Source of the DNA: Camelus dromedarius
Taxonomy: Eukaryota
Assembly: GCF_036321535.1 (NCBI RefSeq)
Contig: NC_087472.1
Span: 101,062,001-101,126,000, forward strand
Reading direction: 5' to 3'
DNA length: 64,000 bases
The notes beneath the pieces were generated by a model. It saw nothing but the letters and a program-made list of their open reading frames with translations, ran no database searches and was not told the origin of the DNA. Numbering within the stretch: the first letter of the stretch is position 1; the number at the start of each line of letters is the position of its first letter. A program made the translations under genes and the position numbers. Below are positions 26,664 to 38,060 of the stretch, piece by piece.

Positions 26664-27151
26664 AAATTCTGCAGATCTAGAAAAAAACTTTGTGGGATTC
26701 ATGTGCCAGATTTTGGAAGTTTTTTTTTTTTTTTAAAGAGTGGTAGTTCAAAGTATATTTTCTCAATTCTTACAAGTTCTAAACATAAGCTTCTTTGTAT
26801 GGCGGATCTACATTGATTTTCTTTTTTTTTTTTTTAACATTTTTCACTGATTTATAATCATTTTACAATGTTGTGTCAAATTCCAGTGTCCAGCACAATT
26901 TTTCAGTTATCCATGGACACATACACACTCATTGTCACCTTTTTTTCTCTGTGAGCCATCATAACATTTTGTGTATATTTCCCTGTGCTATACAGTGTAG
27001 TCTATTCTACAATTTTGAAATCCCAGTCTATCCCTTCCCACCCTCCACCCCCCTGGTAACCACAAGTCTGTATTCTCTGTCTGTGAGTCTATTTCTGTCC
27101 TTTATTTACGCTTTGTTTTTGTTTGTTTGTTTTTGTTTTTGTTTTTGTTTT

Positions 27152-30100
27152 TTAGATTCCACATATGAGTGATCTCATATGGTATTTTTCTTTCTCTTTC
27201 TGGCTTACTTCATTTAGCATGACATTCTCCAGGAGCATCCATGTTGCTGCAAATGGCATTATGTTGTCGGTTTTTATGGCTGAGTAGTATTCCATTGTAT
27301 AAATATACCACCACTTCTTTATCCAGTCACCTGTTGATGGACATTTAGGCTGTTTCCATGTTTTGGCTATTGTAAATAGTGCTGCTATGAACATTGGGGT
27401 GCAGGTGTCATCCTGAAGTAGATTTCCTTCTGGATACAAGCCCAGGAGTGGGATTCCTGGGTCATATGGTAAGTCTATTCCTAGTCTTTTGAGGAATCTC
27501 CACACTGTTTTCCATAGTGGCTGCACCAAACTGCATTCCCACCAGCAGTGTAGGAGGGTTCCCCTTTCTCCACAGCCTCTCCAGCATTTGTCATTTGTGG
27601 ATTTTTGAATGACGGCCATTCTGACTGGTGTGAGGTGATACCTCATTGTAGTTTTGATTTGCATTTCTCTGATAATTAGTGATATTGAGCATTTTTTCAT
27701 GTGCTTTTTGATCATTTGTATGTCTTCCTTGGAGAATTGCTTGTTTAGGTCTTCTGCCCATTTTTGGATTGGGTTGTTTATTTTTTTCTTATTGAGTCGT
27801 ATGAGCTGCTTACATATTCTGGAGATCAAGCCTTTGTCGGTTTCACTTGCAAAAATTTTCTCCCATTCCGTAGGTTTTCTTCTTGTTTTACTTCTGGTTT
27901 CCTTTGCTGTGCAGAAGCTTGTAAGTTTCATTAGGTCCCATTTGTTTATTCTTGCTTTTATTTCTTCTAGGAGAAAATGTTTGAGATGTATGTCAGATAA
28001 TGTTTTGCCTATGTTTTCCTCTAGGAGGTTTATTGTATCTTGTCTTACGTTTAAGTCTTTAATCCATTTTGAGTTGATTTTTGTATATGGTGTAAGGGAG
28101 TGTTCTAGCTTCATTGTTTTACATGCTGCTGTCCAGTTTTCCCAACACCATTTGCTGAAGAGACTGTCTTTATTCCATTGTATATTCTTGCCTCCTTTGT
28201 CAAAGATGAGTTGACCAAAAGTTTGTGGGTTCATTTCTGGGCTCTCAATTCTGTTCCATTGGTCTATATGTCTGTTTTGGTACCAATACCATGCTGTCTT
28301 GATGACTGTAGCTCTATAGTATTGTCTGAAGTCTGGGAGAGTTATTCCTCCAGCCTCTTTCTTTCTCTTCAGTAATGCTTTGGCAATTCTAGGTCTTTGA
28401 TGGTTCCATATGAATTTTATTATGATTTTTTCTAGTTCTGTGAACTATGTCCTGGGTAATTGGATAGGGATTGCATTAAATCTGTAGATTGCCTTGGGCA
28501 GTGTGACCATTTTAACAATATTGATTCTTCCAATCCAAGAGCATGGAATATCTTTCCATTTTTTAAAGTCTTCTTTAATTTCCTTCATCAATGGTTTATA
28601 GTTTTCTGTGTATAATTCTTTCACCTCCTTGGTTAGATTTATTCCCAGGTATTTTATTACTTTGGGTGCTATTTTAAAGGGGATTGTTTCTTTACTTTCT
28701 TCTTCTGTTGATTTATCGTTAGTGTAAAGAAATGCAACTGATTTTTGAACGTTAATTTTGTAACCTGCTACCTTGCTGAATTCTTCAATCAGCTCTAGTA
28801 GCTTTTGTGTGGACCTTTTAGGGTTTTCTATATATAGTAACATGTCATCAGCATATAATGACACTTTTACCTCTTCTTTTCCAATTTGGATCCCTTTTAT
28901 TTCTTTCTCTTGCCTGACTGCTGTGGCTAGGACTTCCAGGACTATGTTGAATAGGAGTGGTGATAGTGGGCATCCTTGTCTTGTCCCAGATTTTAGTGGG
29001 AAGCTTTTGAGTTTTTCACCGTTGAGTACTATGCTGGCTGTAGGTTTGTCATATATAGCTTTTATTATGTTGAGATATGTTCCCTCTATACCCACTTTGG
29101 CGAGAGTTTTTATCATAAATGGGTGTTGAATTTTATCAATTGCTTTTTCTGCATCGATTGAGATGATCATGTGGTTTTTGTCCTTTCTCTTGTTGATGTG
29201 ATGTATTACACTGATTGATTTCCGTTATGTTGAACCAGCCTTGTGTCCCTGGGATGAACCCCACTTGGTCATGATGTATAATCTTTTTTATGTGTTGTTG
29301 GATTCTATTTGCTAAAATTTTGGTGAGGATTTTGGCGTCTATGTTCATCAGTGATATTGGCCTATAATTCTCTTTTTTTGTAGTGTCTTTGCCTGGTTTT
29401 GGTTTCAAGGTGATGGTGGCTTCATAGAATGAGTTTGGGAGTATTCCCTCCTTTTCAATCGTCTGGAAGAGTTTGAGAAGGACTGGTATGAGTTCTTCTT
29501 TGTATGTTTGGTAGAATTCCCCGGTGAAGCCGTCCGGTCCTGGACTTTTATTTGTAGGGAGGTTTTTAATTGCTATTTCTATTTCCTTTCTAGTGATCGG
29601 ATTGTTCAAGTGTTCAGATTCTTCTTGATTCAGTTTTGGTGGACAGTATGTTTCCAGAAACTTGTCCATCTCCTCTAGGTTATCCAGTTTGGTTCCATAT
29701 AGTTTTTCATAATATTCTCGTATGATATTCTGTATTTCTATTTTGTTTGTTGTAATTTCTCCATTTTCCTTTCTTATTTTGCTAATTTGTGCTCTCTCTT
29801 TTTTCTTCTTTGTGAGTTTGGCCAGAGGTTTGTCGATTTTATTTACTTTTTCAAAAAACCAGCTTTTGGTTTGGTTGATTTTTTCTGTGGTCTTGTTAAT
29901 CTCTATTGTATTTAATTCCCCTCTGATCTTTTATTATTTCCTTCCTTCTGCTGCTTTTTGGGGCTTTTTGTTCTTCTTTTTCTAATTCATTCAGGTGGTG
30001 GGTTAAATTGTTTATTTGAGATTGTTCTTCTTTTTTGAGGAAGGCCTGTATCGCTATAAACTTCCCTCTTAGCACTGCCTTTGCTGTGTCCCATAGGTTT

Positions 30101-30952
30101 TGAGTGGTTGTGCTTTCATTATCATTTGTCTCAAGGTATTTTTTAATTTCAGCTTTGATTTCCTCATTGATCCATTGTTTTTTCAATAACATATTGTTTA
30201 ATCTCCATGCTTTCCTTTTTTTCTCCTTTGTTTCTCTGTTGTTGATTTCCAGTTTCATGGCATTGTGGTCAGTAAAGATGCTTGAGATAATTTCTATCTT
30301 CTTAAAATTGTTGAGGTTTCTTTTGTGCCCAAGTACATGATCGATCCTGGAAAATGTTCCATGTGCACTTGAAAAGAATGTATATCCTATTTTTGGGGGG
30401 TGTAATGCTCTGAAAATATCCACCAAATCTAGTTTTTCTATTGTAGTATTTAATTTCTCTGTTGCCTTGTTTATTTTCTGTCTGGAAGATCTGTCTAGTG
30501 ATGTTAATGCAGTGTTAAAAGTCTCCAACTATGATTGTATTCCCATCAATATCCCCCTTTATCTCTGTTAGTAATTCTTGTATGTACTTAGGTGCTCCTA
30601 TATTGGGTGCATATATATTAACGAGTGTAATATCCTCATCTTGTATCACTCCTTTAATCATTATAAAATGTCCTTCTTTATCTTTCTTTATGGCCTTTGT
30701 TTTAAAGTCTATTTTGTCTGAAATCAGTACTGCAACACCTGCTTTTTTGGCTTTTCCATTTGCATGGAATATCCTTTTCCATCCTTTCACTCTCAATCTA
30801 TATGTGTCCTTCTCCCTAAAGTGGGTCTCTTGTATGCAGCCTATTGAAGGTTCTTGCTTTATTATCCAGTCTGCCACTCTGTGTCTTTTGACTGGAGCAT
30901 TTAGTCCATTAACATTTACAGTAATTAATGATAGATGTGTGTTTATTGCCAT
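27152..30952 (-). pseudogene. L1 ORF2 (APE endonuclease, reverse transcriptase, CCHC domain), disrupted
   Basis: EN motifs NVNGLN, QETH, YAPN, GDFN, RIDH and TDH; RT motifs QGCPLSP and YADD; CWRGC...HCWWEC. Three +1 insertions near 30518, 29930 and 29225, and a TAG at 28447-28445. Confidence 0.95.
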
Positions 30953-31356
30953 TTTGAACTTATCTTTGCAGTTGAATTGGTATATCCTCTTTGTTCCTTT
31001 CTTCTTCCTTTTGTGGTTTGGTAATTTTCCTTTGTATTATCATGGATTTTATTTAATTTTTGTGACTCCTTTGTAAATTTTTGGCTTGTGGTTACCCTTT
31101 TTTGTAAATCTATCAACCCATTACTATAACTGTTTTTATTAAACTGATAGTAACATGATCTCAAACCCATCCTACTGTTAAAAAAATTTAAAAAAGAGAG
31201 AAAAAAATATTCTATATTTCCCTGCCTCCCTCTCCCACTCTCAGTGATTTGTATGTCTTCTTTTATAATTTCATGTTTACTTTATTTGTAATTCATGAGT
31301 TATCACCTTTCCAGTTGTGAGTTTCTCATTTCTGTAGCATCCTGCTGCTTTTCTAT

Positions 31357-32258
31357 TTAGAATAGCCCTTTCAATATTTCTTTTAGCATGGGTTTAGTGT
31401 TGCTAAACTCCTGCAGCTTTTTTTTGTCTGTGAAACTCTTTATTTCTCCTTCTATCATCAAGGATAGCCTTGCTGGATAAAGGATCCTAGGCTGCATCTT
31501 TTTTTCATTCAGGGCTTTGAATATATCTTGCCACTCCCTTCTGGCCTGTAGTGTTTGTGTAGAGAAATCAGCTGAGAGCCTTATGGGGGTTCCCTTGTAA
31601 CTTACTCTTTGCTTTTCTCTTGCTGCCTTTAGAATCATTTCTTTATCTTTGACTCTGGCCATCTTGATTACGATATGTCTTGGTGTGGGTCTATTTGGGT
31701 TCTTCCTGTTTGGGACCCTCTGAGCTTCCTGTACTTGGATATCTGATTCCTTCTTTAAGTTTGGGAAGTTTTCAGTCATGATTTCTTCAAAAACCTTTTC
31801 AATCCCCTTTGATCTTTCTTCTCCTTCTGGGACCCCTATTATGCGAAGATTGGGACGCTTTATATTATCCCATAGGTCCCTTATGCTATTTTCATTATTT
31901 TTTATTTGCTTCTCTTGTAGTTCTTCTGAATGGGTGCTTTCTATTGCCCTGTCTTCTAGATCACTAATTCGTTCCTCTGCATTATCTAGTCAGCTTTGCA
32001 CAGCTGTTAGATCATTCCTCATCTCTGTCAATGAGTTTACCCATTCTACTTGGCTCTTCTTTATAGCTTCAATTTCATTTTTGACATATTTTATATCTCT
32101 AAACACTATCTCTTTTAATTCCTTCAGCAATTCGATCACTCCTATTTTGAAATTTTGATCTAGTGGGCTATCGATGTCTATTTCGTTGATCTTTCTTTCA
32201 GGGGATTTCTCTTGTCTTTTAATTGGGAAAGGTTTTTCTGCTTCTTCATCTTGCTCAT
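31357..32258 (-). pseudogene. L1 ORF1 (coiled coil, RRM, CTD), disrupted
   Basis: Starts MSKMKKQKNLSQLK and contains ENFPNL, RPTPRHI, ARREW and YPARLS. There is an apparent 1-nt deletion near 32217 and a TGA (probably from CGA) at 31992-31990. Confidence 0.92.
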
Positions 32259-32749
32259 ACCTCTTTGGCACTGTGGTTTATGGAGTATCAGTTGTTTATT
32301 TTGGTCCTTAAGGATTTTATCTATCTAATGCCTGTTTAGGAATAGAACTTAGGAAAAAAAGAAAAAAAAATAAGAGAGAGAAAGAATTTTAAAAGAAGGG
32401 AGAAAGAGGGTTTGAAAACAGTGTGTAATGAATAATAGAAGAGTGAGTTGAAGCAGAGTATTAATCGGGTTGAGACGTCCTTTTAAAACCTTTACAAAAA
32501 AGGGGGGGGGGAGATGAATAGATGCATTTGAAACCTGTGTCTAATCAATAGCAGGACATCAAAACCCAAGAGAAATAGAAATGAATTAAGAAGTAAAAAT
32601 TAAGAGTAATAGAAAATAGAACAGGTAAAAACAGATTTAAAAAAAAAGGGGGGGGGGTGGTTTGTTGGTGTTCTCCTGGAGTCTGTGTGCTTTTACTGTG
32701 AAGTCTTTCTGTCTTCGTCCTGTTTTGGAAGCTCAGCTTTCTGTTTTCA

Positions 32750-33930
32750 GAGGCCCTCCGCTGGCGCCCTCTTCTGTGCTGCTCCCAGCACCTGTCGGCA
32801 AGCAGATCGCGCCTCCTCCTAACACTGGGTCAGGTGCAGCTCTCTGCTGTGGGCGGGCAGGTCACTGCCCTCCGGATGCCGCAGTCAGATGTTGCAGACT
32901 GGCCAGGTAGGAGGGCGGGTCGTGCCCCCTCCCAGCACCTCGGTCAGGGGCTGTGTTCCTGCCCGAAAGGCGGGGGGCCGCTCTTGCTCTACCTGCGCCG
33001 CTGCCGGTAGCTCCGCTGCTCTGTGTGGCTGCGCGCTCCGCCCTGGTCGGCGCTCCGCAGGTGGGCTTGGGGAAGACCCAGGGACAGCCCTGTCCCTGCT
33101 CCGAGCAAAAACACAGCTCCTTGTTTGTCTTTGTGGAGCAAGTTTTCTGAGGGACCAGGGTGGAAGGATCCTATCTGCCCGGGCTGCAGGGCAGTCTCAG
33201 TCTGGCCTTTGAGGCTGCTAAGCCCTTCGGTGCGGATGCAGGTTTCGCCCCCGCCCCCGCCTGGGTGCTCAGCGCCGGAGGATATGGAGGCTGTGCCTGA
33301 GCCCCGCCTCTCTTCCCTGGAAAACTTTCCGCTGGTTTTCAGAGATGGAGGTGTGCACCCTTCCCCCGAGAGCACATCAACCTTGCTGTTTTATGGAGGG
33401 CCCAGGTGGTTCTGCCCTGTGCACCCACAGCCACGGCGCGCAGCCCCTTGCAGTCCCCTGGGGCTGCCTCTGTGGAGCCGCCCCCTTCCTCCGCCCGGCT
33501 TGTGCAGCCTGGCTCTGCCCGCCGCTGCCGGTCCGCGTCTCAGGCTGGGTGTCGGGGGGACGCTCTGTGCCCGTTTAACTTAGTTCTGTTAGTCAAGGGC
33601 TGCTCTGTACAGATCCGAGCCTCGGAGGCTCCCGCTCAGTCCCGCTGGCCTCTCAGTTGGAGAGGGGAGACCCAGCGAGCGAGCGCCAGTCCTCCTTTGC
33701 CGCTCCCTCCCCGCGGGACCCATCCGGCGCTGCTTTGCCTTTTGTTTTCTTTTTTCCTTTTTTCCTACCAGATTTTTGGCGTCTTTATCTTTTGAAGAGG
33801 GCGATGTTCTGTCGGAGTTCCACAGGTGCTCTTGTTGACTGAGTGGGTCTGTAGATGTGGGTCTTGGTGTATTTGTGGGAGAGGGTGACCTGCGAGCGTC
33901 CTTCTACTCCGCCATCTTCTCCGTCTCACT
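32750..33930 (-). promoter_or_regulatory. L1 5'UTR CpG island and internal Pol II promoter
   Basis: The only extended GC- and CpG-rich segment in the window, with many intact CpGs, GC boxes and a YY1-type motif. Confidence 0.85.
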
Positions 33931-33979
33931 CGGTTTTGTCTATTTCTAATCTCAAATTCAAGACATTGGGTTTTCTTTA

Positions 33980-35905
33980 ATTTTTATTTTTTGTGGGGGA
34001 AGTATGGTTTATTTACAATGTTGTGTTAGTTTTTGGTGTATATGCATAGTGATTCATAGATATATATATAATCTTTCATATTCTTTTTTGTTATAGGTCA
34101 TTAGAAGATATTGAATATAGTTCCCTGTGCTATACAGTAGGACCCTGTTGTTTTTTATCTTTTTTATTTTAATTTTTTTCCAAGCAGTAGAACTTTTTTT
34201 TGTGTGCAGGAAACTTTCATTCATTTCTTTTTTTTTTTTTTAATTGAATTATAGTCAATTACATTGTGTCAGTCTCTGGTGTACAGAGTAATGTCCCAGT
34301 CATACATATACATATGTATATTCATCTTCATAGCCTTTCTCATTAAAGGTTATTACAAAATATTGAATATAGTTCCCTGTGCTACACAGATGAAATTTGT
34401 TGTTTAATCTATTTTTATATATAGTAGTTAATATTTGCAAATCTCAAAGTCCCAAATTTATCCCTTCCCACCCCCTTTCTGACTAGTAACCATAAGATTG
34501 TTTACTATGTCTGCATGTCTATTTCCATTTTGTAGATGATTTCATTAGTGTCTTTTTTCTTTTTTTAGATTCCACATATGAGTTATATATAGTATTTTTC
34601 TTTCTCTTTCTGGCTTGCTTCACTTAGAATGACAATCTTCAGGTCCATCCATGTTGCTGCAAATGGCATAATTTTATTCTTTTTTATGGCTGAGTAGTAT
34701 TCCTTGTATAAATATACTACTGCTTCTTTATTCAGTCCTCTGTCGATGGACACTTAAGTTGTTTCCATGTCTTGGCTATTGTATATAGTGCTGCTCTGAA
34801 CATTGGGGTGCTAGTATCTTTTCAAATTAGAGTTCCCTCTGGATATATACCTAGAAGTGGGATTGCTAGATCATAGGGTATGTCTATTTTTAGTTTTTTG
34901 AGGAATCTCCATACTGTTTTCCATAATGGCTGCACCAAACTACATTCTCACCAACAGTGTAGGAGGGCTCCCTTTTCTCCACACCCTCTCCAGCATTTAT
35001 CATTTGTGGACTTTTGATTGATGGCTATTCTGACTTGTATGAGGTGATACTTCATTGTAGTTTTGATTTGCAGTTCTCTGATAACTGGTGAAATTGAGCA
35101 TTTTTTCATGTGCCTGTTGGCCATTTGTATGTCTTCATTGGAGAATTGCTTGTTTAGATTTTCTGCCCATTTTTGGATTGGGTTGTTTATCTATCTTATA
35201 AATGGCAGTTTGTGTCTGCTAATCCTAAACTCCTATTTTATCCTTGTCCCCTCCTTTCCCCTTTGGTAACTGTAAGTTTGTTTTCTATGTCTGTGAGTCT
35301 GTTTCTGTTTTGTAAATAAGTTTATTTGTATCATTTTTTAGATTCCACATATAAGTGATATCATATGATATTTGACTTGGTCTGACTTCAATTAGTATAA
35401 TAATCTCTAGGTCCATCCATGTTACTGCAAATGGCATTATTTCTTTTTTTGTGGCTGAGTAGTATTTCAGTTTGTGTGTTTGTGTGTGTGTGCGTACCAC
35501 ATCTTCTTTATCCAGTTATCTGTTGATGGACATTTAAGTTGCTTCCATGTCTTGACTATTGTAAATAGTGCCACTAAGAACATTGAGGTGCATGTAACTT
35601 TTCAAATCAGAGTTTTCATCTTTTATGGATATATACCCAAAAGTGGATTGCTGGATCATATGGTAGCTCTGCTTTTAGTTTTTTAAGGACCCTTCATACT
35701 GTTTTCCATAGTGACTGCACCAAATTACATTCCTGCCAGTGGTATAGGAGGGTCCCCTTTTCTCCATATCCTCTCCAGCATTTATTATTTGTAGACTTTT
35801 TTGATTATGGCCATTCTGAGCAGTGTAAGGCGATAACCTCATTGTAGTTTTGATTTGTATTTCTCTGGTAATTAACAATGTTGAGCATCTTTTCATGTGC
35901 CTTTG
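33980..35905 (-). mobile_element. Older L1 3' end (33980-34160 plus 35183-35905) interrupted by a second L1 (about 34161-35182)
   Basis: The host 3'UTR breaks at ...gaccctgttgttttttatct and resumes at gttgtttatctatcttata. The inner element has its own T tail and ORF2 end. Confidence 0.82.
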
Positions 35906-38000
35906 GAGAAAATCATCTGTTTTTATAATAGTTTCTGCCCTTGTTCCCATATGGAGAGAGAGATATATATATTTATATATATATACACACACATACATAT
36001 GTGTAACATTCAGTCTATTTGAGGAGAAGGAAATCATAAATCTGTCTACTTAAGGAGGGGAATTTTTATGTATACACAAATACATATATGGAATATGAAC
36101 TATATGACTGGGACCGTATTTATTTCTTCTGATTTCCTAAATTGCCTAGACTGGTTCAAAAAAACCCCACTAGGTATTAAGTAAAGGGTGGGTGGAAAAT
36201 CTGGAGAACAGTAAGCAACCATACCTCTATCAATCTTCTTAGATTAAAAGCAAGGTACATATTAGTTTATATCTCCAACCTATTTTACAGTTACTGTTCA
36301 CGTCAGCCATTTGTGGGCCAAACCAGCACATGTGTGACAGTAACTGGAAATACGGGGTTGTTGTTCATTTCTACGTGTTGTAATTGTATATGCTATTCTC
36401 TTTTCATAGTTCAGAGAATGCAAGCACTATCTTTCAATAATAAAGCGTCTTCATGTGTCAGCAGAAATGTACATTTAATGAATACTACTTAGAAATCAGG
36501 TATGAGAGTGCATGCCAGTTTGGAGATGGTAGTGTAAGGAGTGGGCCGAGATCTCAGTCAGATTGGCTGGCTGGGATTCTGCATCCTGCATTGCTGGCCT
36601 CAGCTAGAAGATCCGCTAGATATTTGGTTAATCTAGTCAGGATCAGTGAAACTTGGCTCCAGCCACGAACCGAGTTCAAGTGTGCTTCACATATCTCACT
36701 CCTCAGTGACTGGTGGGCTGCCCAAGACATAGTCTTCACAAGGTGGAAGCAAAAGCCCAGGAGAGCAGACCTAATGCTGAAATGGGGAAAGCCTCTGTAC
36801 ATATCACAACTATTAACATTTCATTTGCCAAATAAAGTCACATAGCCATTCCCCCCCATCAATATTAAATAATGTTAACTTCCCAGTCATGACAAGTTTA
36901 ACCAGCATGTTTTTGTCTGTACTTGTTAATGTTTTCTCCTTATAAGTATGCCTCTACATCTGATTTTTAAAAACCCAAGACTTCCTCTGTCAGAGAGCAC
37001 CTAGCAACTAGTGGAATATCACATAGGAGTTTGCAAGGTTGTCTTTTGGGCCTTTTTTTTTTTTTTTTAAACAAACATGCACTTTGACTCGGAGGTGAAT
37101 TTAATAGCCTTTTTTGTTAGAGGAAAGAAAATAAGGTGGCATATTAGAAAAAGCATATCCTTAGGAGATGAAACTCTCTTAGCCAATCTTATAATCTTAG
37201 TAATCTTGGCTAAGTTACCTAACTTCACAGAGCCTGTTTCCTCATGTATAAAGGGCAGTAATACCTACCTCATAGGACATTTGGGAGGATTACATGCGAT
37301 AACAGATACTGAATGCTTAGCACGTAATGGGTAGCCAATAAATATTGGCATCCACCTCCTTTCTTTCTTCAGTTCTCCCGGTTCCAGGCTTCCAGGCCTC
37401 CTTTTGACTTTGTTTCCTGCCTTCTGATTGTTTCCCAAGATTTATTAATTTTTTTTGCATTTTCACAATTCAGTAACTTCTCATCTCCTGGACATTTTTC
37501 TTACCTGAACATTATCTGTTCTACCTGAAGATAAGCTAAGGAGCCAGACAAGTTTTGTGTTAGGTATTCACATAAAATTTTTTATTAAAGGTGATTAACA
37601 TAGCCTATATATTTCACATAATTTTTTAAAAGAGGTTTTTACTCACTTTGTGACCACTGTGAACACATGGTTATAGTGCTGTATATAATTTTAACCTTGT
37701 TTAAATAAACCTGTTTTCTATTTGAAATAGTTTAATACTGACTAGAGTTTTAGCATATGTCTATGTTCTATGATTGCTCTTTGGAGGAGACCAAAAAATA
37801 CACGTGTAATGTATACAGTTTAATTTTGCTGTTTAGTATACTGAATGATTACTCTTTCCTCTTTAGTAGTTTAAAAAGTATTTTGTTTTAGTGCTGGCCA
37901 TATGGCAGTGAACAAAACTGAGTCTGCCTTTGAAAAGCTTCTAAAGTGAAATTTTTTTTCATACTTAAAATTTTTTGTAATGCATTTTTCTTATTTTGCT

Positions 38001-38060
<60 letters not shown>
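38001..38060. repeat. Compound microsatellite (TA)13(CA)12(TA)5
   Basis: Read directly from the sequence. Confidence 0.95.

Larger units (their letters stand above)
26822..33930 (-). mobile_element. Full-length young LINE-1 (about 7.1 kb), antisense to SCML2
   Basis: Poly(T) at 26822-26835, 3'UTR, ORF2, a spacer of about 400 nt, ORF1, and a CpG-rich 5'UTR whose 5' end carries the YY1-type AAGATGGCGG (33918-33909 on the minus strand). Confidence 0.97.

Noticed and set aside
27654..31076. Long hydrophobic + strand ORFs (27654, 28773, 30531; also 14543)
   Set aside because: Antisense shadows of L1 ORF2, a common artefact.
32662..33842. Overlapping ORFs of up to 186 aa in the L1 5'UTR as an ORF0-like gene
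   Set aside because: Expected in GC-rich DNA with few stops; several lack an ATG start and none has a recognisable domain.
36453..36845. 130-aa ATG-initiated intronic ORF
   Set aside because: It overlaps an MLT1-like LTR relic and shows no protein family similarity.
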